Origin: Candidatus Bilamarchaeaceae archaeon
GTDB lineage: Archaea > Micrarchaeota > Micrarchaeia > Anstonellales > Bilamarchaeaceae
Length of the DNA stretch: 64,000 nucleotides
Assembly: GCA_038851325.1 (NCBI GenBank)
Contig: JAWCKZ010000001.1
Coordinates: 1-64,000, forward strand
Direction: 5' to 3'
The notes below the pieces were generated by a model. The model had not been told where the DNA came from and made no database searches. It saw only the letters and a program-made list of their open reading frames with translations. Positions 37,884 to 47,321 of the stretch are shown here, one piece after another (the stretch's first letter is position 1; every line of letters starts with the position of its first letter). A program made the translations under genes and the position numbers.

Positions 37884-39746
37884 ATGAGAATTCTCACCGT
37901 TCACGCAGATTTTATAGAGGTAGAGGCACTTAAAAAAGCAATCTCTGATGCAGAAGAAATAAAAGAGAAGGGAAAGAAGCGCTATGAGGAAGTGTTGGTT
38001 GTTTTTACAGCAGTCGAGGCTGGCGATGAGGATATCAACGGAAGCGCGCTTGCGCTCGCAGATGAAGCTGCCGCAGTTGCAGACCAGGTAAAAACAAATA
38101 GAATACTCCTATATCCATTAGTTCATCTTACATCAAAGCCTTCTGCGCCCAGAGTAGCAAAAGCGGTTGTTGCGAAGGCAGAGGAAGAACTTAAAAAACG
38201 AGGATATGACGCAAGTCATTCACCATTTGGATGGTATAAAGGTTATACTCTAAAATGCAAAGGCCATCCACTTAGCGAACTTTCGCGTGAATTTGGCGCA
38301 AGACGCGCTGTTGAAAAGAAGGAAGAGGTTTCAGAGAGTCTGAAAAAAGAGGCTGTCCTAAAAAGTAGATTCTACATCATGGATCTAGATGGAAAGCTGC
38401 ATGAAATAGAGAAGTTTGATTTCACGAAATATGAAAACCTAAGAAAATTCGCAGCATACGAGACAAAAAAGGTGCGCGCCTATGAGCATGAGCCGCCGCA
38501 CATAAAGATAATGAAAGAGCATAGTCTAATCGACTTTGAACCTGGAAGCGATCCAGGTAATTTTAGATACCTCCCAAAAGGAAAGCTCATAAAAAAACTC
38601 CTTGAAAAAAGAATAACAGATATCTGTGTTAATGAATGTGGTGCTCTTGAAGTCGAGACACCTATAATGTACGATTTCGAGCACCCAGCACTCAAAAAAT
38701 ATCTTAACAGATTTCCTGCAAGACAATACATCGTATTAAGCGAAGAAAAAAAACTCTTTCTGCGATTTGCTGCATGCTTCGGTCAGTTTCTCATAGCTCA
38801 TGATATGGTTATCTCTTACAAGCAACTTCCGCTCAAGATGTATGAACTTACGCGCTATTCATTTAGACGAGAACAAAGTGGAGAATTGGCTGGCCTGAAG
38901 CGCTTGCGTGCCTTTACCATGCCGGATATGCATACACTCGCTGCTGATATGGACCAGGCAAAGGAAGAGTTTGAAAAGCAGTTTGAAGTAGGGCTGGAAT
39001 GGATAAAAGGACTCGGACTCGACGCTGAGGTCGGCTTTAGGATACAGGAGGATTTTTTTAACGAAAACAAAGAGTGGTATATAAGAATGGTTAGGAAATT
39101 TGGAAGGCCTATATTAGTCGAGATGTTCAAAGAACGGTATGCCTATTTCATAACTAAATTTGAGTTTAACTTCGTAGACTCGATGGCAAAGGCGAGCGCT
39201 CTTACCACCGTCCAGATTGATGTGGAAAACGCAGAGACTTATGATATAAATTACGTTGACAAAGACGGGCAGAAGAAAAAACCGCTTATTCTTCACGCCT
39301 CTTTAAGCGGTAGCATCGAGCGCGTTATATACGCTCTACTTGAAAATGAAGCGATGAAGATGGCCAGCGGTAAGAAGGCAATGCTTCCCGTATGGCTCTC
39401 TCCGACGCAGATTAGGATTATACCAGTAAGCGAAGGCCAACTCGAGTACTCAAAGAAAATCATGCAAAAGATGGACGCCCACTGCGTGCGTGTTGATATA
39501 GACGATAGAAACGACACCTTGGGAAAGAAAATAAGAGAAGCACAGAAGGATTGGATTCCTTACATCGCTGTCATAGGCGAAAAGGAAACAAAAACCGGAA
39601 AACTTTCTGTAACGGTAAGAGCCGACGATAAAAAAATTGAAGTTACACCTGAAGAGCTCATAAAGATTATAGAGAGGGAGACTGCTGGAAAGCCATTTGA
39701 GAAACTCTCACTACCAAAAAAGCTTAGTGCGAGACCGATCATCTAA
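37884..39746 (+). CDS. thrS: Threonine-tRNA ligase (archaeal type with editing domain)
   Basis: PFGWYK…CKGHPLSELS, LRFAAC, RAFTMPDMH, GSIER. Confidence 0.97.
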   Translation: MRILTVHADFIEVEALKKAISDAEEIKEKGKKRYEEVLVVFTAVEAGDEDINGSALALADEAAAVADQVKTNRILLYPLVHLTSKPSAPRVAKAVVAKAEEELKKRGYDASHSPFGWYKGYTLKCKGHPLSELSREFGARRAVEKKEEVSESLKKEAVLKSRFYIMDLDGKLHEIEKFDFTKYENLRKFAAYETKKVRAYEHEPPHIKIMKEHSLIDFEPGSDPGNFRYLPKGKLIKKLLEKRITDICVNECGALEVETPIMYDFEHPALKKYLNRFPARQYIVLSEEKKLFLRFAACFGQFLIAHDMVISYKQLPLKMYELTRYSFRREQSGELAGLKRLRAFTMPDMHTLAADMDQAKEEFEKQFEVGLEWIKGLGLDAEVGFRIQEDFFNENKEWYIRMVRKFGRPILVEMFKERYAYFITKFEFNFVDSMAKASALTTVQIDVENAETYDINYVDKDGQKKKPLILHASLSGSIERVIYALLENEAMKMASGKKAMLPVWLSPTQIRIIPVSEGQLEYSKKIMQKMDAHCVRVDIDDRNDTLGKKIREAQKDWIPYIAVIGEKETKTGKLSVTVRADDKKIEVTPEELIKIIERETAGKPFEKLSLPKKLSARPII

Positions 39747-39779
39747 AACTATTTAAAATTAAGCAAAGTATGATAGCGC

Positions 39780-41573
39780 ATGCCTGATTTTAGAACCGTG
39801 GTGCCTTTACAATTTAGAAACTTTGATGCGCAAAAAACGAAACAGGTAAGCAGACCACATTTCGATGGTGGTGCGCCTCTGATGGAATTTACTATTAGGC
39901 TCAGAAATAGATTTGGGGAGGAGAGAAAACTTTCTGGGCTTGTGCCAGAAGGCGCACGAAGAAATCAAGCAATAGAAATGGTTATAAGACAGCATGGAGG
40001 CGACTGCATAGTCAAACGGGGCGGGTTTGATCCTATAAACCAGATAGACCTTTCAGAATTCACATGGATAACACATATCACCCTCAGCGACGGTTTCACA
40101 ATGTCTGATTGGATCCAGATAAGAAATAGAAATGGCGAATTTGAAATAGGAAAAAGCAACGGAAGGTCGTGGTGGGAGAACGGAGACACAAAAAGGGCGA
40201 ATAGAAAAGAAAATGAAATCATGCTGACTGAAGATTTTGGCATACGCAATGAGTTGCCTACAACAAGAGATGTAATATACGGTAGGACGGCGTTACAGGG
40301 TTGCGGCGGGGTAGCAACCAAGGATGAGATAGAAGCTGCAAAATTAGCTGCAAAGTTTGATATCGCAAGAGAGAACTACGCAGTGAATTTAGATCTAGGA
40401 GAGATAAAATTAATAGAAAATAATAGGAGTGAAAAAATTGAAAGCGAGTACGCCGTGCGGTATGGAACGCACACAATAGAACGTGAAGAGATTGCACCGC
40501 TGACTCTTTTTACCGTGTTCCATCCAAATGAAATGAAAGCGGTAGATTTGTTTTATTACGCAAATCAACTCTACCAAGAGAATCTTGCGAACGCAATCCC
40601 AATCGCTATTAAGAAGAAGATGGAAGACGAAGAAGAAATAATAACATTCGCGAATAGAGAACAAAACAAATCTTTTCATCCATCCCAGCAAGTAATTGGG
40701 CCGAGCGAACAGGTGGTCAGAAACGCCAACAAAAAAACCAGACAAAAAGAAACCTCTGAAAAACAAAAAGAGACCATACTAATAGAGACCATACTAATGC
40801 GGCTACTCTTTAATCCAGTTGAGAGAAGGCTTTACGGCAAACTTTACGGTCTTCCATCTGAAGAGAACGAGGGAGAGCAAAATAAAGAAAAAACAAGAAC
40901 GCCGCAGATGCCACCAAAAACACTAAAACCAGATTTGAAAGTTTCGTTAAAAGAAAGACAAACAGTAAGGATAAGGTTGAAGCAAAAGGATTACGAAAAG
41001 AAAATAACGTGTGACGAAAGAGTAGCCGTGAACGAGATCCCACAAGGGACAAACAAACTATTTCATAAGGTCGTTTACGACAAACCTTTCGTAACAGATG
41101 CTACAAGGAAAAGAAATAGAAGTGAGAGAGACGTGATTGGAATTGTACGCAAAGGAGATGTATGCCGACAAGGCAAATCCTGGACTCACGAAAGCAATTC
41201 ACGGGAAAAAACTGGTGAAAAGGTAAAAAAACAAAAAAGCGAGAAAAAGATGGGTATACATAAGGAAGTGTTCGCTCTAAAAATGCGGGGAAGCAGAAAA
41301 AAGTATGGAGAAAAAAGAAGAGAAAAGGACAAAACAAAGAAAACAGACTCTTTAATTGGTTTATTACCAATCAAAAAGCCTCAGTCACTGAAGAACCAGG
41401 GAAGGAAATTAAAAATAAACGCAGCGAGCGTCAAGTACATAAAGGCCTTCACAACTCTTTTATCAGATACGTTCAATTCTAATATTCTGTATCCGTCAAA
41501 GAATGGGAGGGGAAGAAGATTCACTGTGGCAACAACAAAATTGATTGAAAATGTTAGACCAAGAAAAGAATAA
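39780..41573 (+). CDS. Hypothetical protein with Lys/Glu-rich C-terminal half
   Basis: 597-aa ORF; last 193 nt overlap the antisense site-2 protease gene. Confidence 0.6.
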   Translation: MPDFRTVVPLQFRNFDAQKTKQVSRPHFDGGAPLMEFTIRLRNRFGEERKLSGLVPEGARRNQAIEMVIRQHGGDCIVKRGGFDPINQIDLSEFTWITHITLSDGFTMSDWIQIRNRNGEFEIGKSNGRSWWENGDTKRANRKENEIMLTEDFGIRNELPTTRDVIYGRTALQGCGGVATKDEIEAAKLAAKFDIARENYAVNLDLGEIKLIENNRSEKIESEYAVRYGTHTIEREEIAPLTLFTVFHPNEMKAVDLFYYANQLYQENLANAIPIAIKKKMEDEEEIITFANREQNKSFHPSQQVIGPSEQVVRNANKKTRQKETSEKQKETILIETILMRLLFNPVERRLYGKLYGLPSEENEGEQNKEKTRTPQMPPKTLKPDLKVSLKERQTVRIRLKQKDYEKKITCDERVAVNEIPQGTNKLFHKVVYDKPFVTDATRKRNRSERDVIGIVRKGDVCRQGKSWTHESNSREKTGEKVKKQKSEKKMGIHKEVFALKMRGSRKKYGEKRREKDKTKKTDSLIGLLPIKKPQSLKNQGRKLKINAASVKYIKAFTTLLSDTFNSNILYPSKNGRGRRFTVATTKLIENVRPRKE

Positions 41574-42550
41574 ATCGCATTAAGCGCACTGTAGAACAAA
41601 CTATCTGAAGAAAGTCCGCGCAATAAAAGTGCAGCAGCTATGAACAAAACAAAGAAGATTATTGCGGTTATAAAATTCGCAGTCGAACCCGCGACATAAA
41701 CACGTGTCTGCTCTTTTTGAGTAATTTCGGAAAGCACTTTCTCATCAGGTTCAACAAAGGCACCGACTGGTATTATACCTAACAAAACAATGCCTGAAGA
41801 ATTTATCGGCACGTTTGCCATCCTCGCCAAGACTGCGTGTGCACCCTCATGCACGACCAAGATAACAACGAGCGCGAGTAAACCTTCAAGAAAAGGGAGA
41901 TTCACGCCGGGAAGTAACAGAGTACCACCAGGCTGAGCCGCTGCCATTCCTTGATTGCCGAAAAAAATTAATTGAAAGAAAAGGATCGCGATATGCGCTC
42001 CATAATACACGACACCCAAAAGCAAAACAAGAGAAAAACCGCCGAGGAGAAGAGCAAGAAGGAGCACCAAAGCAGACGTACGCTCATCCCCAAAATAGAG
42101 CGTCACTTTTTTTTCAAAACCAGAACCGGTCATTACAGAAGATAGATAATGAAGGGCAAATGGCGCAACGAAAAAGGACAAGAGCAAAAGCAGACAAAGC
42201 CCGACCGCAAAGGACGCTGCGTTTGTGTTTTTCCTCATCAAGAACGCTCCGATAACTCCATAAGAGATCGTTGTGCCAACATCAGAAAAGAAGCTCCATA
42301 TCTTTTTGTGTTTTGCAAGTTCGTTTATGACAGCTATCCCGCGCTTACTTTTTAAAAGTACAAAACCAAGTTCTGTGTCAAGGTCGTATCTTTTTGAGAT
42401 GATAAAACTTACGGCAAACATCTCCACGCAGGTCAAAATGAATTTTGCCAAGCCAGAAAGGCTACTCGTCAATATAGTATAAAAAATTGCCAACGCAACC
42501 AAAAAAATAAGAACCGCATGAAGCATGAAGTAAATTTTACCAGAAAACAA
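41381..42550 (-). CDS. Site-2 protease (M50)
   Basis: HEGAH, GAFVEPD, NLLPLPFFDG. Confidence 0.9.
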   Translation of the reverse strand: MFSGKIYFMLHAVLIFLVALAIFYTILTSSLSGLAKFILTCVEMFAVSFIISKRYDLDTELGFVLLKSKRGIAVINELAKHKKIWSFFSDVGTTISYGVIGAFLMRKNTNAASFAVGLCLLLLLSFFVAPFALHYLSSVMTGSGFEKKVTLYFGDERTSALVLLLALLLGGFSLVLLLGVVYYGAHIAILFFQLIFFGNQGMAAAQPGGTLLLPGVNLPFLEGLLALVVILVVHEGAHAVLARMANVPINSSGIVLLGIIPVGAFVEPDEKVLSEITQKEQTRVYVAGSTANFITAIIFFVLFIAAALLLRGLSSDSLFYSALNAIYSFLGLTFSINFVVATVNLLPLPFFDGYRILELNVSDKRVVKAFMYLTLAAFIFNFLPWFFSD

Positions 42551-42627
42551 TAAAAAATTACCGATAATCTTAAAAGATTATATTATTCAAATTGCTAACA
42601 AAAAGTAAAAAAGAGGTGAGAACCCAA

Positions 42628-42984
42628 ATGGGAGGACTGCATATAATATCTGAGTTTTTTTCCTGCGAGAACAACGACGGATTAAAAAATAAGGAGGAAT
42701 TACGTCGGGTGTGCAAAAAAATAGTAGACGAATGCGGCCTAAATGTTGTGGGCTCTTTTTTTCACAAATTTGGAGATGAGGGAGGAGTGACTGGTGTTAT
42801 TGTTTTAGCGGAATCCCACGTTTCCATTCATACCTGGCCAGAGAGAGGGGGCTTCGTTAACATGGATGTATTCGTTTGTAATGTAACGCAGGATAACAGC
42901 GAAAAGGCCAGAGAGGTACACAGAAGGATTAAAGATTATTTTAAACCGAAAAAAGAAGAAACGCAGGAAATAATGAGAAAATGA
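42628..42984 (+). CDS. speD: Pyruvoyl-dependent S-adenosylmethionine decarboxylase family protein
   Basis: GVTGVIVLAESHVSIHTWPE. Confidence 0.88.
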   Translation: MGGLHIISEFFSCENNDGLKNKEELRRVCKKIVDECGLNVVGSFFHKFGDEGGVTGVIVLAESHVSIHTWPERGGFVNMDVFVCNVTQDNSEKAREVHRRIKDYFKPKKEETQEIMRK

Positions 42985-43244
42985 AAAACGAAAGAGAGAG
43001 AGTCCAAACAGATATTAAAAAATTGATAGAGATAATTAAAAAATTTGAAGAGTTAGGTTACTCAAAAAAGCATGCGCACGCGTATTCGTGGGCTAAAAAT
43101 TATCTAGAAGACGCCGCTCATTTTTTTGAGAAGGGCGATTATTTTACTGCCTTTGGATGCGCGAATTATGCCTATGGAATAATAGATGGAATATTAATAA
43201 CAGAAGAATCGGTACAGGAAAGAAAAGAGAAGAATAGAGGGTAA
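42981..43244 (+). CDS. DUF357 family protein
   Basis: YLEDAAHFFEKGD…YAYGIID. Confidence 0.85.
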   Translation: MKNERERVQTDIKKLIEIIKKFEELGYSKKHAHAYSWAKNYLEDAAHFFEKGDYFTAFGCANYAYGIIDGILITEESVQERKEKNRG

Positions 43245-43247
43245 TGG

Positions 43248-43361
43248 TTATGGGAGCGAAACCGCGAAAATGGAAATCTGCTCGAACAAGTTCGAGTCCT
43301 TCCATTTTCAGATATTGAAACCGGAGGGAGCGATTATGGGAGCGAAACCGCGAAAATGGAA
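43248..43361 (+). repeat. 28-nt duplication of the rpl41e 5' end with intervening hairpin
   Basis: TTATGGGAGCGAAACCGCGAAAATGGAA at 43248-43275 and 43334-43361. Confidence 0.9.
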
Positions 43362-43449
43362 GAAGAAAAACAGGATGCGTTGGAAATGGGTCAAGAAAAA
43401 GAGAAAGAGATTAAAAAGAAAACTTAAGAGACGAGTTGGAGAGCTTTAG
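43336..43449 (+). CDS. rpl41e: Ribosomal protein L41e (eS32)
   Basis: Manual translation MGAKPRKWKKKNRMRWKWVKKKRKRLKRKLKRRVGEL. Confidence 0.88.
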   Translation: MGAKPRKWKKKNRMRWKWVKKKRKRLKRKLKRRVGEL

Positions 43450-43955
43450 CTCTTCTTGGTTTTATCTATTAAGTCAAACACTCTGTGACCCTTGAAAACT
43501 TTCACATAGTTTTTAATAAATGCAAGAAATATTGTAGGCCGTTCGACTATGACTACCTCTTTTTTTCTTTTTGTTTTAAATCCAAGGCGCCACATAAGTA
43601 ATTCGTCCTCCCTAGTCAGACGAGATAGGACAACAACTCCGTCTTCGCTTATATTTCCAACAGCATCAAAAAGTCCTGCGAGATAGTTCGCCGCATACTC
43701 GTTTAAGTATTTAAAGCGTTCAAGTTGCTCTTCTTCAACCTCATTGAAAAACTTTCGATAGGCAGTGTGATAGAAGTAAACCTGTTTCTGGTCTGTAAGA
43801 AGCCTCTCTGGAGTGGTAAGGCCTTGGGAGAGGACCTCTTTTGAGAAAACTTCGATGATTTTTTCGTTGCCGCGCACGCCGAGACCCTCAAAAGAGCGTT
43901 TTTTCCGCCAAAGGCCTATCACATACGCCAGCTCCGGCGTAAGCTTTATTTTCAT
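43446..43955 (-). CDS. Standalone degenerate LAGLIDADG-fold protein
   Basis: LTPELAYVIG (degenerate motif 1) and YLAGLFDAVG (motif 2). Confidence 0.7.
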   Translation of the reverse strand: MKIKLTPELAYVIGLWRKKRSFEGLGVRGNEKIIEVFSKEVLSQGLTTPERLLTDQKQVYFYHTAYRKFFNEVEEEQLERFKYLNEYAANYLAGLFDAVGNISEDGVVVLSRLTREDELLMWRLGFKTKRKKEVVIVERPTIFLAFIKNYVKVFKGHRVFDLIDKTKKS

Positions 43956-43980
43956 AAGCCACACCCTGAAGCTTGCCAAC

Positions 43981-44463
43981 TTAAACTCTTGCTCTTTTTT
44001 CCTCCCTTCCACTCTCTTTCTGCAGTTCTTTCTCCCTTTCCAAAGAAACTAATTTTTTTGATGGAACAAATTCTGGCTTTTTTCCTGAAATAAATGCTTG
44101 TATCTCGTTTGCCAGTAGGTCATCAACATGCCTAGAGACCCATCGCGAGGCTTTTATCGAAATCCCCGCATCTGTAAATATCCTCTTTAATTCCTCAGCT
44201 TCCTCCTTCGTGAAAGGTTTTTTTTCGTTTGCTATTCTACCTGCTGCTTTTTCAAAAAGTGCGCTCACTCGTTTTATGTCATTTTGCGTCGCGCCCCTCT
44301 TTAATGCAGATACAAGCCCAACAGCAAGTATCGCGTAGCGCTTGCGATCATTTGCAAGCAAGCGAGCGAGCTTCTTTAAATCGCTTTGGCTAAGCCCGCC
44401 TTTTTTAGCAGCATCAAGAACTTTTTTTGCAAACATCAAAAAACTCTCAACCATAATAACCAA
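43981..44463 (-). CDS. Hypothetical helical protein
   Basis: Long basic ORF; start uncertain. Confidence 0.6.
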   Translation of the reverse strand: MVIMVESFLMFAKKVLDAAKKGGLSQSDLKKLARLLANDRKRYAILAVGLVSALKRGATQNDIKRVSALFEKAAGRIANEKKPFTKEEAEELKRIFTDAGISIKASRWVSRHVDDLLANEIQAFISGKKPEFVPSKKLVSLEREKELQKESGREEKRARV

Positions 44464-44541
44464 TTTGAGATTAAACGCTCCCTTTTATAATTGTTTCATT
44501 TCTAATATACCGTAAAAAAAAGCGCTAAAGGAGGGAAGAAA

Positions 44542-44928
44542 ATGATTGTAGGAGAGAGAATACGAGAAATTTCCGGCAGCAAAAGTAAACGCGAACCGAT
44601 AAAGGGCTTGAGCATAAACATAGGTGTTGATGATGTCAGAGTAAGCAGCAAGGAAGTTGAAATAGACTACACATACACTGCCAACTACGATGAAGGAATC
44701 GGAAAACTTCAGATAAAAGGTACACTACTCGCCAATGAGGACGAGGCTCTCTCAAAGAAGATAGAAACAGAATGGAAAAAGAACAAGCGGCTGCCTGAAG
44801 AATATATGACAACCATCCTAAGTGCAATAAACTACAGCGGAAGCGCGAATGGAACGCTGCTTGCAAGAGTTCTTGGATTAACAGCACCGCTAATTCCACC
44901 AAGAATACAACTTGCAAAGAAGGCATAA
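44542..44928 (+). CDS. Conserved archaeal hypothetical protein, paralog of 56440-56838
   Basis: Shared pattern Y.YT..Y….L.I.G…W.K.K.L…IL.AIN…P.PP. Confidence 0.7.
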   Translation: MIVGERIREISGSKSKREPIKGLSINIGVDDVRVSSKEVEIDYTYTANYDEGIGKLQIKGTLLANEDEALSKKIETEWKKNKRLPEEYMTTILSAINYSGSANGTLLARVLGLTAPLIPPRIQLAKKA

Positions 44929-44933
44929 CAACA

Positions 44934-45509
44934 CTAATCTTGCCATAGAACACTGCAGTGGATGTAGAATATGGTATAGCTTGCTCCACCTCTTGTTATA
45001 CTATATTCTCTATCGTATACGGAGCAACGCTCAAGTTTATTTTTCTGGTTTTTGTAATCATAAAAACTCATGTTGAAATTACTGTCGTGAACTCCCCATT
45101 CTGGAGCTATTGATGAACAATTGCCAAGAAATACGGCAGCTACCTTAACGTTATATGGCACAGTTTTATCTGTTCGTTCAAATACGCGAATTCCTACCGC
45201 ACGAAGGTTTATGGGAAACCGCCCATTGAATAGCACTGCAGAATTTGGAACGGTTAAATTGGTATCTTTTGGTATTTTATCTAACGGCTGTTCAAGACCA
45301 CTTAGTGCCCACTTATATGTTCTTATATTGTAATTTCCTTCTAGAGTTTCCTTATAGAATTGTACATTAAGCTTCTGAATTGCTACGTCCACCACATAAG
45401 CAGCGGTGTTTTCCGAGAATTCGTTACTGATGATTGCTGCGCCTACCAAGCCTGCAATAACAAGAAGTACAAAAAGTAAACCATCGCTCTCTAAGTCTCC
45501 TCTTTTCAT
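44934..45509 (-). CDS. Hypothetical N-terminally anchored protein
   Basis: N-terminal TM helix; GGTGA RBS. Confidence 0.65.
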   Translation of the reverse strand: MKRGDLESDGLLFVLLVIAGLVGAAIISNEFSENTAAYVVDVAIQKLNVQFYKETLEGNYNIRTYKWALSGLEQPLDKIPKDTNLTVPNSAVLFNGRFPINLRAVGIRVFERTDKTVPYNVKVAAVFLGNCSSIAPEWGVHDSNFNMSFYDYKNQKNKLERCSVYDREYSITRGGASYTIFYIHCSVLWQD

Positions 45510-45528
45510 GCGTTCACCTAGTAGTAGC

Positions 45529-45912
45529 CTACCCTCCTTTCAGCGTTTTGATGGCTGACTCTACCAATGATTTTGCTTCCTTTATAAGTTTTTCCGGCGC
45601 TGCTTTAAGGCGCTTCGCTACATTTTCAGCTCTTTCTTCTCCGACGAAACCTCTTAAAACAATGCGCGTTGCTTTAATTACAGCCTCATTGCTCTCCAAT
45701 GCTTGATGAGTGTAAGCAAGCCATAGGATTTCGTTTATAAGCGCTCTGCCGGTTAATCCCGTGGCTTTTTCTATCTTTTTATTCCATTCGTTTGAGAACT
45801 TGACCACTTCTGGATCTTTTAAAAACTCTTGAAATGTTCCAGTCTTTTTCTTTTCCTCCTCGGGTGCCTTCTTCACCTCCTCTTTGAAAATAGCAAGCCA
45901 GTTGGACAACAT
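45529..45912 (-). CDS. Hypothetical protein
   Basis: ORF with GGTGA RBS. Confidence 0.6.
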   Translation of the reverse strand: MLSNWLAIFKEEVKKAPEEEKKKTGTFQEFLKDPEVVKFSNEWNKKIEKATGLTGRALINEILWLAYTHQALESNEAVIKATRIVLRGFVGEERAENVAKRLKAAPEKLIKEAKSLVESAIKTLKGG

Positions 45913-45972
45913 GGTCACCACGCTCATTTAACTATCTTAAAATTTATAAAGATTAGTGAGGGTATCTCACAT

Positions 45973-46878
45973 ATGAAAGCTATCTGTCCTTTTCTTTTGT
46001 GCGCTGTGACTTTGATCCTACTACTTTTCGTTTTTGGATGTGTTGGTATTCCAACAACTCAACCTACCCAAAAACAAAGCAGTCCTGGCGAAACCGCTTA
46101 TAATGTTTCCGCAGAAGAAAAACCAGTTGAGATTACAATCAAAGCAAACGAAACAACGAATGAGGAACATGGTGATGCAAAGACCGGACTAGATGGTATA
46201 GAGAGTAAAGAGATTTTATTTACGACAAAAGACAAGTGGGTAATATATGGAACGATTTATTATGCAAACAAAAGCGATGGTGTCAGACATCCAGATACAG
46301 CCATCATCCTTCTTCACGAATTGGGCAAAGATAGAAAAAGTTTTGATGGGATAATCCCACGCCTCCATGCCGAATTCCAAACAGCGGACATAGTTGCGCT
46401 TGACCTTCGCGGACACGGTAAGAGCACAAATCATGGATATTATACTAATTTCCAAGTTGGCGATTACAGGTCGATTAAAAACGATGTTATCGCTCTTAAA
46501 GAAGAGCTAAAAGTCCTAAGACCTACAATAAAAAAATATTACATTATTGGAGCGAGTATAGGAGGGTCGGTTGCACTTGATTTAGCAGCAAGCGGTGAAA
46601 GCTCCAAAATAATTCTCATCTCTCCTGGATTGGCATACCATGATTATGACATCTCAGAAGCCGGGAAAAATTACATCCATGAGATTTATATGGCTGTCGG
46701 GTCAGATGATCACTATTCGGCAGACTCGGCAAGGCGGTTGTACGACACTTCGCCGTCTGACGCGAAAGAACTTAAAGTCTACTATGGCATAAACGCTCAT
46801 GGAACAGATTTGATTGAAGCTACGGCAACTACCAGTCAACCGCTTGAAGAATTAATTGTGAGGTGGCTAAAGAGGTGA
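45973..46878 (+). CDS. Exported alpha/beta hydrolase (putative lipoprotein)
   Basis: FVFGC lipobox-like motif; DLRGHGKS; GASIG nucleophile elbow; AHG. Confidence 0.85.
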   Translation: MKAICPFLLCAVTLILLLFVFGCVGIPTTQPTQKQSSPGETAYNVSAEEKPVEITIKANETTNEEHGDAKTGLDGIESKEILFTTKDKWVIYGTIYYANKSDGVRHPDTAIILLHELGKDRKSFDGIIPRLHAEFQTADIVALDLRGHGKSTNHGYYTNFQVGDYRSIKNDVIALKEELKVLRPTIKKYYIIGASIGGSVALDLAASGESSKIILISPGLAYHDYDISEAGKNYIHEIYMAVGSDDHYSADSARRLYDTSPSDAKELKVYYGINAHGTDLIEATATTSQPLEELIVRWLKR

Positions 46879-46883
46879 GATGA

Positions 46884-47285
46884 ATGAGTAACAACGAAGA
46901 AGAAGAAATTGTAGTGAGACGACGTGAAAAGAGGGAGCCGCCCATTGAAGATGAACAAGTTGATATAGAACTTGAACAGAACGAGTCTGGTGCTGATGTT
47001 GACAGAATCGCAAATTTTATATGGGAACTCTCTCGAGAGGTTGTCTATCTAGAGGACCTCGTAGAAGGATGGGAGAATGCAGATGATGAAAAAGATAAAA
47101 GAGAGATAGAAGAAAATTTACCAGACCAGATGGCACTCGTTCTCGACAGGCTAAAGAGGCTTGACGAATTTAGGGTTAGATTCGGGAAGGATGCACCATC
47201 CGCTGATGAGTATGAGATGGAGCTTCGAGCACGCGCGGAGCGTCTGATTAAAGAAGCGAAGGCAATTTTGAAAAAAAGCAAGTAG
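46884..47285 (+). CDS. Hypothetical acidic coiled-coil protein
   Basis: Glu/Asp-rich ORF with GAGGTGA RBS. Confidence 0.65.
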   Translation: MSNNEEEEIVVRRREKREPPIEDEQVDIELEQNESGADVDRIANFIWELSREVVYLEDLVEGWENADDEKDKREIEENLPDQMALVLDRLKRLDEFRVRFGKDAPSADEYEMELRARAERLIKEAKAILKKSK

Positions 47286-47321
47286 AAGAAAACTTTTAAA
47301 TCTCGCCTCCTAATTGTCTCC

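Noticed and set aside
43446..43955. Intein or group I intron carrying a homing endonuclease
   Set aside because: No host gene is interrupted, there are no splice-junction motifs, and the catalytic residues are degenerate.
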